From Podarcis muralis (lineage: Eukaryota), in contig NC_135663.1 in NCBI RefSeq assembly GCF_964188315.1, positions 49,910,001 to 49,974,000 on the forward strand: a DNA stretch of 64,000 nucleotides, given 5' to 3'. A program made the position numbers and the translations under genes. This document shows positions 35,582 through 50,439 of this stretch, one piece after another; positions within the stretch are counted from its first letter, which is position 1; each line of letters starts with the position of its first letter. The notes beneath the pieces were generated by a model. The model had not been told where the DNA came from and searched no databases. It saw nothing but the letters and a program-made list of their open reading frames with translations.

Positions 35582-37355
35582 GTGCCGTTTTGATTTTCCT
35601 CTCCCAAGTGTGAATTCACATGGCTCTTTGCCTGTAAAATGGTTTGTTTCAGCTGGTCCAACAGAGGTCACATTACCTGCCGTATCCTCCTTGCTTCCTA
35701 CTCTGGGCTTTTGCCACATGCTGTTTCTGGCATCATAGGTAAAGCAATTGTAACAAAGATATTGCAACACTGATGTGTTATGATACGTAGCTTATATTAA
35801 AGCAATAGGAAATAATATGACAGATTTCTCATTAGTAAAATGTAATAATGGCTTACATAAAAATGAGACAGCCTATTAATATTTTCCTTAGATTCACATT
35901 TAAAAGAAAAATATTGCTATGACTGTAAGTATCCTTATGATGCATGCAAAGAAATTCATTATGCTAAAATGATCCGGCATGCCGAAACTAGCCCGAGCTA
36001 TATGAAATTTTAAAGATATTGCAGAATACTCATTCTTTAATTTTAGTAAAATAATGAAAAACATATTTTACTTTAGCTTACAACGCATGTACATGCTAAT
36101 TGATATGAAACATCTTTTTTTACATATCTATTGCAGCATCTTTCGTAGTATTAAAAACCATTTCTCTTTTTTTATATTTAACTTACTTGCAAAAGCAATT
36201 TGAGCATTTCTATTGCCTACCCATTCACCTACATTTCTGTGACCTGTTTGTTAAAGTTGGAGTTTTGGAGATTTAAACATTCCTTCCAGCAGGTTACAGC
36301 ATATTTAAAGTAAATAAAATAGGCATGTTGTCTTTTATGTTAATATAATAGCAAAGGGATATATCTGGGATAAAGAGGACACACAAAAAGGCATGGCATT
36401 GGGTAACAGAAAAAAGACAATTACTTTAGGGGATGTAGATCATGCCTCACTTTTACTAGGATAAAATAATTGCATTGTAACGTTATAAATTAATAGATCC
36501 CTTCATTGTCCACCAGGAAGAACGGGATGCCCACCAAATGCATGATGGAGATACAAGAGGCAACAGTCCAACACATTTGACACAATTCTTTGTTGCGTTT
36601 GTAGATGCTCTCTTCCCATCTGACAGTCTTTCTTTTCTTACAGAAGCAGAGTTTGAAAACAATTACAGTCACAGTCACAGTACTTGTGCCTCTAGGTTGT
36701 TGTTGATATGCCACATCCCCTCTGTATTCATAAATTGTCATTTATTTATTAAAATTAATTAATATGTAATAAGAAACTGCTACAGTTGGGAACAACTTCA
36801 AACTGGAGACATGTTTAAACCAATCTGGAGTGGTTTTGAACCAGATGACATTTCCTTTAAATCATTGCCCACTTGGTGCTTGTGAGAATTGAAAAAAATG
36901 CTTTCACTTTTGCCATTTTGAATGCTGCATTTGTTATTTAATATTTTGTTCTTTTCACTTATTATAGAAGTTTTCCTGCATGCTGTACACAGACTTTTTG
37001 GAGCATACACAAAATAGATATTATTTGTGTAATGTTTAGCCCAATTCTACACATGTTTTGTAGGAAATAAGTATAAATGAGTTCTGTGTTCTCTTCAAGT
37101 TAAGTGTGAATAGGATTGCGGTCTAAGATAATTTAAAGCAGTGCTTTTTTCCTCAGAAAAAAATGTTTAGGGGCACTCATTTTGACTCAAGAAAAACACC
37201 ATTTTATAGTTCAGATTGGGAAAAATAAATACAGTAAATGGACAAAAGTACAGATTCACAAAATGTTTAGGGGTATGCGTACCCCTGTGTACCCCCAGAA
37301 AATAGCACTGATTTAAAGTATGAGTAGAAGTAAAACTATTTTTGCATGAACAAAT

Positions 37356-37417
<62 letters not shown>
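37356..37417. repeat. Compound (GA)n(GACA)n microsatellite
   Basis: Directly visible in the sequence. Confidence 0.95.
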
Positions 37418-39510
37418 TAAATATTTAAATGTTCTTATGGAGACCAAGGCTATCAAATACACCTCATCTGTAAGAAAACGAGGCCAGCTATATTTCTATT
37501 TATGTAGAAGTCCCAGGTGACACAAGAGTAGCACCACCTATTTTTTTGCAAATCTGATGTTACAGGGCTGGCATGCCCCTTCCTGCAGATTCCTCCTTGC
37601 TCAGTTGAACCGCTGAGTGAGGTTTTCACATCCTGTTAAAATACATTTATTCCTAACAAGCACACTGCTTGATTGGCACATGCACCTCCACAGCTTCCCA
37701 TAGTCCAGGAATATTGAGGAAAATTATTTCTGCATTCGTATGTTCGACCTTTTAAACAAACCCACATACCAACAGAACGCAAGCACTTTGTCCCATAATA
37801 ACTTCTTAGTTTGTATAATACCAATATGCTCCGGCTGAAGACCATATTAATATTAATGAAAAAATGAAAGTCTGAGATTTAGTGACTCTTGTTCCCTCCC
37901 TGCACCACCCTTATATTAAATCCATTAGCTGAGTTGAATGCACATTAATAAATAAAAAAAGAAAGTAACTCTCTATTCAGAAACCGATTAACCTGACCTT
38001 TGCTACACTTACGCCTTCATGTGACCACTATGATGTCTGAAGTTGACCTGTGTGCTGATGTTATCTCAGATGTAACCACTGAGGATTCTTCTTTTTCTCA
38101 TATGGAATGTTTGTGATTAAAATTGCTCTGCTTTTGATGGAAAGTGTTATAAATGGATCAGAAATGGTACAGCTGTGCCAAGCTTTTTTGTGAATATGAT
38201 GTTTACTAATAGGACTCATTGAAAGGCTCCCAAGTGTAAATATATATGAAATAATTTGGCAGAGTCATTAGGGAAATGATTCAGTTTATTGCTTTGTCTT
38301 TAAAATTGGTACTGTGCAATTTATAAAAGCAATATTGACGCAGGACTCAACCAGTTCCTGGACGACTAGTGGAAAAAAATATTTGTAATTATTAAGGGGG
38401 AAAATAATCCCTGTAGATTAATTTTTTCTACAGAATTAATAATCTCATGATCAGGGCTGTATCTTTGGACTCATAAAATATAGCTTGAGATTAAATATTT
38501 TAAACCCTTGGAGCCATATAGGTCTACTATGACTAGTTTGTTTTTTTATTTGACAGGTACAAAACTAAGTCCACTTTTCTATTTGACTGTTTTGAAATAT
38601 ATATATACAAAACAATACTGTTGGGTGGGCATGTAAAAACTGGAAGTGTGTGATCACAAAATGGAAACAGCTACCAGAGTTGCCAGTTTTCAACATTCAC
38701 AGGGACAATAACCTTGTTCCAACCATACTAAAGGGTAATAACCAGCAACACCAGTTTTCTAGATCTAGAAAAAAAATACAAACATATTGCAACTTTCAGT
38801 TATGATTAATGGGAGGAAAGTGCAGTGCATATGAGAATAAAACCTATGAATGTCATAAAGTGAAATGTAGGAACAAAGCCACTACAAGCAGAGTCCATTG
38901 ATAACTAGATCAAACTCAAGTTGCTTTGTTGTCTTCTGAATAATGGTTACTTCTACACATCCCAGTTGTGTGTACTGTGTACATATATGCAGGATAGCGG
39001 CACGTGCCTTTTGTGCAGCTTCTCAACTCTCTTCAAATTAGTATTTAGTATTATATATTGATACATTTTCCCAAAACACATTCAGACTCTGGAAAGAGAG
39101 TTCTTTGTTTTCAGGTCCTACTCGTTTCTTCAGATAGGTTAAGAATGGTTGGGTGGGAAAAAGTTAATGTTTTCCCACTACTGTATTTGCTAAATGTCAA
39201 ACCAATTGCTACAAGCAGGTGTGTGTAAACATCACTCTGATTTAGAATAAAATCAGAAAAGCCACCACTAGCTGCAACAGTTTGAGAAGGCTGAGGTTTG
39301 GGACAGAGGATAGCAGCGGAGATGAGGTGCTTAATCATTTCCCTGTTGTCTGTTTTTGGTGTTTTTTTTTCATTGAATATGCCCTTCCTTGAACTGCACT
39401 TCCTCCCCCAGGGTTCTGAAAAGCAATTTTTAGTACACACACAAAAGACCATCAGGGAAAGGGTGCATCCCTTTCCCAACCTTCTGAAGAGTAGCCTCCT
39501 GAGGTTAAAA

Positions 39511-39576
39511 GCAAGCAAGCAGGCAACAGACAGACAGACAAACAAACAAACAAACAAACAAACAAACAAACAAACA
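39511..39576. repeat. Compound (GCAA)(GACA)(AAAC)n microsatellite
   Basis: Directly visible in the sequence. Confidence 0.93.
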
Positions 39577-40499
39577 GGGAAGTGTTAGATACCTGTGCAT
39601 ATAATGCCAAGTTGAGTCTTGGATTTATCAGCAGTTGTCTCTATTTGAGACTGATTAGAATAATCAATAGAGTCCTGTGTCTTAAAATACCTTTACTGGT
39701 GCGTAGAAGGCATGGTCCAGCCAAAGCAAAGCATTTTAAAGTCCCCTTACTTTTACTAGGAGAGTTAAGTATGAGCTGAATTCTCTATAGTTGAAATTAA
39801 AGGTGCTTAAAATGTAGTTGGATCATACTCCATTTCTGTAACCCAGTTTTATGTTACCTATATTTGTATTACAGTAATGAAAAAAGGTTATTACACCAAT
39901 AACAATTCAGCTAGTATTTTGTTTGAGACATAGTTTGCAATAATTTTGTTTTGGCCAGGAGTTAGTCCATCTATAACACTTGATCCAATCTCTGGGTACT
40001 AAAATTAAGATTTTAAGAGTACACAGAGAAATTAAGAGTACACAGAGAAACTAGGAAATGGTATCGCTGTATGTCCCTTTACTGCCACCAGAATGTTTGC
40101 TGGATCAGACCAAAGGTCACTTTAGTCAGTCATTCTGTCTAACGTCTGTTTGAGCCAAACGTTCTAGGTGCAACTCCACTTAATACACGATATTCAACCC
40201 CTGTGGCAGATATGGCTACCAAGGTTGCATTGAACACGGTCAGGCTTGTTTCTGAATAATCATGCATAGGACTGTTCTGCATGCAAAACCAATCCTCTGT
40301 GTATTTGTCAAGTCATTTTTAAAAAGCCGCTGATCCTAGTTTACTTGCTGTATTATCAACTCTCTGACATATATAATATATCTCAAAAATTTTGGTCACA
40401 GTGCAAAATGTTGTACGTATACATTATGATAGTCCTGATAATCCAAACAATTTCAACAACATTCTATGCACACAACATTAAATATTGTAGAACTTAGTG

Positions 40500-40575
40500 G
40501 CAGTCCTATACCGCCCTGAGCCCGGCTTCAGCTGGGGAGGGCGGGATATAAATAAAATTTTATTATTTTTTATTA
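40500..40575 (+). mobile_element. LINE (L2/CR1) extreme 3' end
   Basis: ACCGCCCTGAGCCCGGCTTCAGCTGGGGAGGGCGGGATATAAATAAAATTTATTATT. Confidence 0.7.
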
Positions 40576-43500
40576 TGTATTATACACATTCACTTGGGAA
40601 TAAGACCCATTGAACTCAATGAAGCTTACTTCTGAGTAGACATGTATCAGCTTCCACAGTAAGCTGTTTAACATCTTTATTTCCTGTACTTGACAGCGTG
40701 CCCATCTTAATAATGTTCAGCATGAAATACAGTCACCAAGCTGTAAGGACATATCAAAGCTATAGCTTCAGTTTATACACCATTATTCATATGTCTGGCG
40801 TATGTGCGGAAAGCCCTGTCCCTTATTTCCTGAGCAGAATCACTTCACAAAGCATCATTTGATGCATATGAACTGAAAATATTTGTGCAACCTAGAGAGA
40901 GAATTAATGGAAGCATTTCTGTATGAGCTCAGCCTGATTGCTTAAACTAGTGCTACAAAAGGGGCAACAAAGAGGGAATAAATACAATCATAATCAGTTT
41001 TGTCCTCATCTTGCACAGGAGCCTCATTTCCAGAGATAAATTAAAGATAATCCCACCGCTTGACTCTGCATCTTTTTGCCTAATACAGTACTTCTGCTAA
41101 TAAGAATCCCCAGTTAAAAAGTTAAAATATAATTATGAATGAAAGAGCAGAGAATTGTTATTATACATGTTAATCAGTGAGAACAGAGCTCTTGACTCTC
41201 TTACTTTGAACAGAGATCTCCCACTGTTTATGCAGAGCCTCCTATCTCCTCTTGAAGAAAACCTTTGCCTTCGAGAAAGTGACTGTTGCTCTCTGTGCCT
41301 GCAGCAGTCCCTTCTGCCTTCTGTCAGTAACACCAAGGGAGAGAGGCCCCTTCATATAACTTTGGGGAAACTCTGTCTCTTGAAGCTTATTCCTTGCTGT
41401 TAAGGACTCATTAGCTATTATAGTACAATTAGGACAATACTTATGTCTGAGCATTTAATGGTAATTGACTAGCTAATAATTTGTATTAATGGAAATAGGA
41501 CAGAGTGTCTGCTTTGATAGCAGAATGGTTTCTGTTAATCCAGGACATTTATTGCATTTTTTCCCCTCACTGCCACCGTCTTCTTGCCTTCAGTTCTTTG
41601 AGTGTTTTGGTAGTGATAGCACATCTTGCTGTATAGCAGTAACATCCTTCCATGGGGGAATATGGCTCCTTACTTAGTGCCCAGAAAATTGCTTGGAATA
41701 TTTGATGGGATGCCTCAGAGCTGTCCAGGAAGATAAACTACCACCCTGATAAACATGCATGATTTCTGCTATCAAGGATGTTTAATAATTTCTAAACCTA
41801 ATTCTTCACTAACCATAACATGTTGTGCTTTTACTATTTTAAGTAAAATGCTCTGCCCTTTTTATCACGTCTAACCCCCAGCAAGCCCCCCACCCCACTA
41901 TGATCCCAATGATTTATTGTACCTTACAGATTTAACATTTTAAAGGGAACCACAAAATATTATATTAATGTTTCCCCTTTTTATTTTGGGATGAGCAGCA
42001 AACTCTAGTAAACTATTGGGGAGATCTGATAAAATATCATTGGTTGACTAACTACACTTGGCTTTTTCTTTTTGATGTTTGTTTCTTGATGTAATTGTTT
42101 CTGATATAGAAATATTCTGGTTTTTTCTGTGCAATTAGGGCACATTTTCCAAACAGAACATATCTGGACATTTTAAACTCGGATTAATTTACTTATTTCC
42201 ATAAACCTTTAAGGGCTATGAAGGATAACAGTGGCCAAGATCCAGCCTAAATTAAATACTTTGAAGTGTCATCAATGTATGCTTACATTTCTCAAATTGT
42301 GATTCTGGAACTTCAAAGTATTTGGCTTTGACTGGGTTGTATGCATTAATAAGGAGAAACTTAATAAATCTTTTTCTTCTTCTTCTACGATGTAAATAAT
42401 AGTTTCTACCTACTTAACCAAAAAACAACCAGCTAAAGTAGCATAGCTTCTACTACAGAAATTATGTTCATCTGTGCTCTTTTAATACGTCATTTTAAAT
42501 GCTAAAGTAAACAGAATATGGGTATGTGTGTGTGATTTTTGCATGGTTTTTTTGCAATAAAATGTGTCCATTATTTATTGCCATGGATTACATTATTTAG
42601 CAAAGATATATCACGAGTATGGGATGATGTGGTTTCCTTGTTTGACTGTGAACAGTACGTATCATTTCAAGTATATTTACCAAAAAAGTTGCATTGACCA
42701 CATGCATATAATCTGTTTACAGTAAGAATCAGAAGGGTAAAAACAAATGCTATATCTATCATATGAAAAATATAGCCTTTTGTTTATTTTGCTGTAAAAA
42801 AGCTAACCTGGATAACTGTTGAAAATTAATAAAAGGGGGGGGGAGGGGAACTATACAGAAGATGGTTGAAGGACCCTTGTATTGTACATTGGAAATGAAA
42901 CATGGGCATAGCCTATGTGCACAAGGACTCCATGTCCTGTCTTCTCTCTCTTACAGCTGCTGCTGCATTAAGTGCTATAAGGATGCAGCAAAAAGCAGCC
43001 TACTATTTCTTGTGAAGGTGCAGAAATGTTTCTCTGCCGTCATAGAAACTCTGTGACACAGTGATTCCCATCAGTTTTACATTAGTGGATTTGCCCCCCA
43101 TTGATACAAAGTCTCAGTTCAATCTAGGAGGAAAATCTAAAGAAAATGAAACCTAATAATAAATTGTTGCCAAATTTGTGATGAGAGGGACCTTCATGAT
43201 TGTTTCACTGTGTTTTAAAAATATTCCTTTTCATTTCACCTTCTGTCAAACCATTCCTGTTTGGGTGGGTGGGTGGGTGGGTGTAGGTGTACACTGTTTT
43301 AACTGAATTCTGCAGCATAAGCAATTTACACCTCATTCCTATAAGACTTTGGTTGGCGTAACTGCCTCTCATTCTCTCGCATGTCATCGTAATACCAACT
43401 GCATTGGTGCTGCATCTGCATAACTGGACTTGGTTACCTGAAAAAATATTTGCCTCCACTATTGAGTAAGGGCATTAAGATCAGCAAATAGAAACAAACT

Positions 43501-46500
43501 TTTTCACTGGTGGCACCAGTATTATGGACTGCCCTCCCTGCTAAAATTCGAGAGTATTGGTGTTTTGCTGATTCTTGAAGACACACCTGTTTTCAAGCAT
43601 TTCCCTAAATTTGAACTTCCTGTTCTAATTAATTGTTCTTTTAACTGTTTTAATCATTGGGCTTTTTAACAGGCTTGTTTTGTTGTAAATAAGAACCTTG
43701 AGAAGAGTCAGGCTTGGATGATAATTATTTTATTGTGTATGTATTTCAAGTACATACCAATTTTGTAATTTATATTATTATAAACTGCTTAGAATAATTC
43801 AAGCCAAAACTCTTCACTACAACCCTGAGTGGAGTCGGGCTTCTACTTGATGCTTAGGCAGCCTCTGCAACCCTTTCTGCATTTGTGCACCTGTGTCATG
43901 TTTAGAAGGATCAGGTAGCAGGTGATGTGAAAGACCTCTGCTTGAGACCATGGAGAGCAGGTAATGGGCTAGATAGGCATACTCAGGTATAAGGCAGCTT
44001 TTTCTGTATTGTATTGATATGCATAATTATGTGCCTGGTGTCCAAAATAATACTTCTTCAAAACATTTTTTTTAAGATTGAAAGGCAAAGAGAGATGAAA
44101 CTGCAGTTTATGACAGTGATTACACATACAGGCCCACAATCTAAAGAATGTGAATATAAAACATAAAAGTTTGTTTTGGATTATTGGTTCCCAGTCCAAA
44201 CTGGGTGGAAGCTTGTTTCTTCTTGAATGGCCATCTGGTTCCTGATTCCGTGTTTTAGAGAAACATAAAAAACTGCAAGGTAGAGTCTATAAATGAAAGG
44301 GTGGGATAAAGGTGCATGGCAACCAGTTAGCCATAGAGATCTCCCCTAAGAAAGGCTGTTGCTGCCACAGCCTGGAAATACCAGTAAAAATCAGGGCTCC
44401 TTCCATCCAGCTTCTGAGCATTTCAGTTCATTACAGTAAGAAGAAGAGAACAGAAGCACATACAATAACAGAATGCGGCTCTGAGTTCCCAATAGAAGCA
44501 ACAGTGGTAGCAATTTCCATCAGAAGTTGCAGTAAACAATATCAAGAGAAGAAAGTGGGAGGAAATTATGACCTCAAACCAAGCTTCAACCCAGGCATGC
44601 CAACTCCTAGAGGCAGAGGTGTTTTCGGACCCCTCAGTATTGGCTGGCAGGGGGCTGGGCCCCCTCAGTGTTGAGGGGGCAGAGGAGGCCAAGCGGGGAG
44701 CCGGCCACAATGTGGTTCAGTGGCTGGCTGCTCCTGAGTGCGAGAGAGGAAGCCACCCTGCAACGGACTCTGCTCTCAGCCTCCTCCTAGTGATGCCGCA
44801 TTGCATGCCAGGAACCTGACATCACACACGCGCAATGTGCACTAGGCCCACTCAATCTTAGGTGCAAGATGGTGCCTCTTCTTGAATCTCTATGGGGTGT
44901 GCAGGGGAAAGCGAGTATTAGCCAATGTATGCTATAAGGAAACACTTCTCCAGTGCCCTCTCCTTTTTACCAGGGGGAAAGAGTGATGAGGGAGCAAGGA
45001 TAAGGGATTTGAACTATTCTATAAACAATTTGAGTATACACGATGTTAGATAAATGATAAAGGATCACATTTTGAACAGTAGAATTGCATGTGATGTGAA
45101 GCATTATTATTTAAAAAAAGAGATGAGGCTTCAGTGCTCTATGCATTATCTGGGTGTAAATCCCATCAAAATCAGTGGGATTTAATACTGAAAAAAACAT
45201 GCATAGGATTCCACTCCACGGCTTCTAATAAGTATTGGCACTTACAGCTTGCTTTTAAAAACAAAACACTGCAGTTCATTTAAATTTTCTCTTAAGAGTT
45301 TGGCAGTGAGTAACAGAGGTACAAGTTCTCTGGGCATCTGATAACCTAGAGAAAAATGCTGTAGGAAAAAGAATGGGATTTTATTTACTATCACTGTATC
45401 TAAGGCTATTTGAGGTCTCCTGTCCACTCACAACCATAATTATATCTCATACAGAGCCAATTGTTTCCCTGGAAGAATAATTACAACAGTGAATAATGGG
45501 TTAATATAAAACATAAAGTAGAGTGTTCAGTGGAGGAATTTGAGAACAGATAAGAAATATAGCATCCAACATATTCTTCCATAATTGTACAGTCCTCCAG
45601 AGATAATGGATATCATTATCAACGGCGCCTGTCCTAGGAAACTTGGCAAGGTTATGATTGTTTGTTACAGCTTTGGTTATATTAACATACACATTAATAT
45701 TTATAAATATTTGATGTCATGTTAATTTTTCATATAAGATGATTTATGTAATGTTGCTGTGCTCTGTTAGAGGGCATTTACTGTAGGCTTCAAAAGGGAA
45801 CTGGATTGATGCATGTTCTTTAAGGGGACTTGACTGTATATTACTGTACATACACACGATGAATCATTCCAGGGGAAAGTGATTCAAAAATAAATTATCT
45901 GAATTGTAGAAAAGCTCCATTAACATTTTAAATAAAACATAATGAAAAAGACCATACTAAAGTATTTCATATGTCTTATTAAATAGCAGGCATTTCTTGT
46001 CAACGACTGAAAGTTTTTATCTGAATAATGTATTCCAAATATTTTATGCCCCTTTAATTTTTTTTCCTTTGGTCCACATCCTAAATTAAATTATGATCAA
46101 GTGTGGATAATTCATATTATGGTGTGATACATAAGTATAAATAGCATATCACCTATTGTTTGAAGTGAATTACTTTCCTCTTTGTCTTTTACAAGCAGAA
46201 TAATGTTCACCTCTGTATGTCTCCATGAACCTAATATGTAGGACTAGAATTGTGATTATTCATAAAACACTTGATGAGTTCAGGTAGTACTAGACGAAGG
46301 CTTTCATACAAATATGTGTAGATATTTTAGTTGTCCCATCCCTAACACTCAGGATGGTATCAATTTCCAAAGGATGCTAGAGGTTGGAAGAGATCTGTTG
46401 CTTCAGCAATGAAGCAACTCTGACTGGAAGCTCTTACAGGAATTGGAGAAACTACTAGCTCAGAGTTTGGCTAGGTAAAAAGAGGCTGTTACGCATACTC

Positions 46501-47569
46501 ATTTCGACTGAACAATTTGTGCATATGTGCTCAGCAGCCAGTCCTGAGCCATGTATCGCATTGCATAAATCTCCAATTTGCAAATTCCCCACTAATGTAA
46601 TACCAGCACACATGCTGCTTGCTGCCTTGCTTGGCCACCCTTAATCAGTGTCGACTACAGTTCCTAATGGATGGGGGGCATCCTTGGAATGATGCTGAGT
46701 CAAAGGTTGTTGCTGCCCCTCCTCCCCATTTGCAGAAGCCATTAACGTCCTCTGACAAGTGGGTCCATCCTCAGTGCTGGAAAGTAAAGGATGTATCACC
46801 CAGTCAGGCCCTGACAATGACAGTGTGGCTGGGTACAAACCCACTCACTCACATCTTCTAATAACCAAAAGCCAACTGGAACGACAATGCAGCATGGGGT
46901 TGAGAGGAGAATGTTGTGCCACCACAGCAAATACTTGAGGACGCCAGCCAGGTTCTACTTATTAGAAGAGGTGAGTGGCTGTAGAAAGACACACTTGCTG
47001 TATCCGTGGGATCACTGACAAATGAAACCAGCTGGGGATTATGAAACTGGAGAGTCACTGAGCATGTCATCATCAGGGCAGTTGTTTGCTCCCGCCCTCC
47101 AACCAACCCGCCACTCAGGGCACATGCCCCCTCTCCCACCTCCTTCAGAAACTAGCCTAACCAGCATAACATATACAGCTAGGTGAAAAATCCTCCCCAA
47201 CCCAGCCATTAGTCACACACACCTTTTTATTTTTATTTTCATATTCTTGTGGTGGGGATTTGGAGAAATTTCTTTTATTTTATTCGTGGGGCAGTTAATG
47301 TGATAAATATGAGGTGGCAGGGTGTTTGCAAAAGTGGTTTTAAAAGCTTTATCACTCCTTTAGGTGGCAAAACAACAATAAGAAGCAACAGAGACTGATA
47401 TTGTTCCTCAGTGAGAATGTCCCAATACGAATGGGACAACTTTGTTTCATTCCTTCTGGGCTGTTCTCACTGATGAGCTCTGTGTTGCAATTGTTGAACA
47501 CTGTATGACCTTTGTTGTTAATTGCAGCTCTGCTGCCACTTAAAGCGGTGACAAAAGTTTTTCCCAGTA

Positions 47570-47816
47570 CAGTGGTAGGGTACCTCGGGTTAAGAACTTA
47601 ATTCGTTCTGGAGGCCCGTTCTTAACCTGAAACTGTTCTTAACCTGAGGTACCACTTTAGCTAATAGGGCCTCCCGCTGCCGCCGCTCCACTGCTGCACG
47701 ATTTCTTTTCTCATCCTGAAACAAAGTTCTTAACCTGAAGCACGATTTCTGGGTTAGCGGAGTCTGTAACCTGAAGAGTCTGTAGCCTGAAGCGTCTGTA
47801 ACCCGAGGTACCACTG
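47570..47816. mobile_element. Tigger/pogo-like Tc1/mariner MITE
   Basis: TA|CAGTGGTA(GGGTA)CCTCGGGTTA ... TAACCCGAGGTACCACTG|TA, with internal TAACCTGAAG repeats. Confidence 0.88.
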
Positions 47817-49506
47817 TAAAAGAAAGACAGCAGACATTTGCCACCCCATATCTATTGTGTTAAGCCGTGCACACAGAAACACACACAGAGAAAAATATGA
47901 GAAAATTTACCCAAATATCACAAAAATATTAAGAGATTGTTTTGCCCACCTGAACCCTGAAATGCACAGATGTTTGGGCTGAATAACCAAGCACTACAAT
48001 GTTCAAAAACTTGAAGTTATGTTAATAAGAATTTTTGCTGTGACATTGCATACCCCAGGGTTAAATAAAAATGGAATTATAATATTCTTCAATTTTGCTT
48101 TTTTCTGGTTGTAGAAATAAATGTTGAGTCTTCATACAGAATGCCAGGTAAGGGCTTCACACTTCATAGGAGTAGTTTCCTTGGGGAGGAAAAATCCAAG
48201 ACAATCTGTGACAATGAGTGTGACTGCCTAGACACAGCAGTATAACTAAAATGATGGCATGCATCAGTAGGTCTTCTCTGTGGAAACATCAGTGTGGGCA
48301 CCATGTACAGGGAGACCTTGGCCATTTTTTGATAGACTGGCATAATGGAGTAAAAATTCAAGTATCCGTGTCTATTTAGTAATAGTTTATATTTAGTAAT
48401 AGTTTATACATAATATATAATATATGTTTCCATATAAGTTTATTGGCTGTATGTGGTGGTGGTGATTATTTAATTTTGTTTTTAGAAGACTTTAGCAAGG
48501 ATGAATTAAAAAAAATACATGCTGACTTATGCAGCAGCTGATTCTAAGTGAATATTTTAACAAAGATTTGATGTAAAAAAATAAAAAAAAAGCTAGCAAA
48601 AGTTCCATTGATTAGATAGGCGTGAGAAGCCTGTATCCCACTAAATCGTATTGTGGTAGCAATAGAAAGAGATCTAAATTCAGTTGCAACTTCATATCTC
48701 AGTTGATCCAGAATGAGCCATGTCCTTGCTAAGAGGTAGGTGATTTGGAAAATTTTCTTTTTTCCAGTAAATCACAGTGGAGGCATACCTCACAATACCT
48801 GTCTTGAACATGAGGCAGCTGCAAGGGATGGTTCAGTGAAAATATCCACTGGATATTCAGAATAACCAAATAACAGAAGTTCTGAACTTCCTTTCATAGT
48901 TATCTGATTTGTTTCACTAAGAGATTATACCCTAACCAAAGGGTATTGAGTTCTCTTCCTTCTCTGTCTCATTTTATAATCCAGCATTGAACTGGCTGTA
49001 GGTCAAAATGTAATGGATGTAGTGTAAAAAGGCTACACCAGGGCAGGAGTTAGATACCACATTTTAAAAAATAATAATAATGCCCTTGTTCACTTTATGC
49101 TGCTATTTTAACATACATTTTGATTCAGGTAAAGTTCCTTTGCTCCACCACATTCCCCTTTAAGCAGGCTATACCCTTTCTCAATTCTTCATGCTTCTCT
49201 GTAATTCTTTGAAATATTTTAATAGTATGCCAGTTAAGAAGCATAGTGGACGCCTTTGCAGGTACCTACCTGAAAGTTACACATGGGGGAATAAAAAACT
49301 ATAAAAATTATTTTCAAAATGTACAATAAAGAAAACATTGGAGGATGGCCATAGTACCATAGGGACATCTTGTGTCTCTCATTCCCCATAGTTGTGTCTC
49401 TCATTCCCCATAGACCAAAAGGTGCATTTGGAACTAGCAGGCCAGATGCAATCTTATTCTCCTTCTCTTCCCTTCCAACTGCTTTCCCTTTTCCTATTAG
49501 TGTATA

Positions 49507-49842
49507 AAGGTAAAGGTAAAGGGACCCCTGACCATTAGGTCCAGTCGTGGCCGACTCTGGGGTTGCGGCGCTCATCTCGCTTTATTGGCTGAGGGAGCCG
49601 GTGGCCAGCATGACTAAGCTGCTTCTGGCGAACCAGAGCAGCACACAGAAACGCCGTTTACCTTCCCGCTGGAGCGGTACCTATTTATCTACTTGCACTT
49701 TAATGTGCTTTCGAACTGCTAGGTTGGCAGGAGCAGGGACCAATCAACGGGCGCTCACCCCGTCACAGGGATTCGAACCGCTGACCTTCTGATCAGCAAG
49801 TACTAGGCTCTGTGGTTTAACCCACAGCGCCACCTGCGTCCC
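49507..49842 (-). mobile_element. Sauria SINE
   Basis: (ACCTTT)n-type tail. TSD attagtgtata at 49496-49506 / 49843-49853. Confidence 0.93.
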
Positions 49843-49864
49843 ATTAGTGTATATGTGTGTGTTA

Positions 49865-50062
49865 TTACCATTATCATTTTATATCCACCCTCTCCTTCAA
49901 GGAGCTTAAAATGGTGTACATGGTTCTCCCCTTTTCCAATTTATCCTCACAACAACTGTGTGAAGTAGATTATGCTAAGAGACAGTGACTGGCTCAAGGT
50001 TACCCAATGGCTGAGTAGGGTTTTGAATCATGCTCTCCTAAGTCCTAGTACAAACTCTAATC
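49865..50062 (-). mobile_element. Older MIR/Squam3-like SINE
   Basis: TTTATCCTCACAACAACTGTGTGAAGTAG...GACTGGCTCAAGGTTACCCA...GGTTTTGAATC core in reverse. Confidence 0.65.
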
Positions 50063-50158
50063 ACCAACTCTCTGTTTTCTGCACGATCTAATGGTCACTA
50101 AAATCCCAAACTGGCACATTTGGAAGTTTTTGTTGGAAAGACAAAGTTTGAGTCAATT

Positions 50159-50439
50159 GTTGTTGTTGTTGTTTAGTCATTTAGTCGTGTCCGACTTTTT
50201 GTGACCCCATGGACCAGAGCACGCCAGGCACTTCTGTCTTCCACTGCCTTCCGCAGTTTGGTCAAACTCATCCTGGTAGCTTCGAGAACACTGTCCAACC
50301 ATCTCGTCCTGTGTTGTCCCCTTCTCCTTGTGCCCTCCATCTTTCCCAACATCAGGCTCTTTTCCAGGGAGTCTTCTCTTCTCATGAGGTGGCCAAAGTA
50401 TTGGAGCCTCAGCTTCACGATCTGTCCTTCCAGTGAGCA
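50159..50439 (-). mobile_element. BovB (RTE-clade LINE), 5'-truncated 3' fragment
   Basis: LEGQIVKLRLQYFGHLMRREDSLEKSLMLGKMEGTRRRG...WLD...W...VHGVTKSRTRLND, (CAA)n tail, and perfect 11-bp TSD ttgagtcaatt at 50148-50158 / 50440-50450. Confidence 0.93.
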
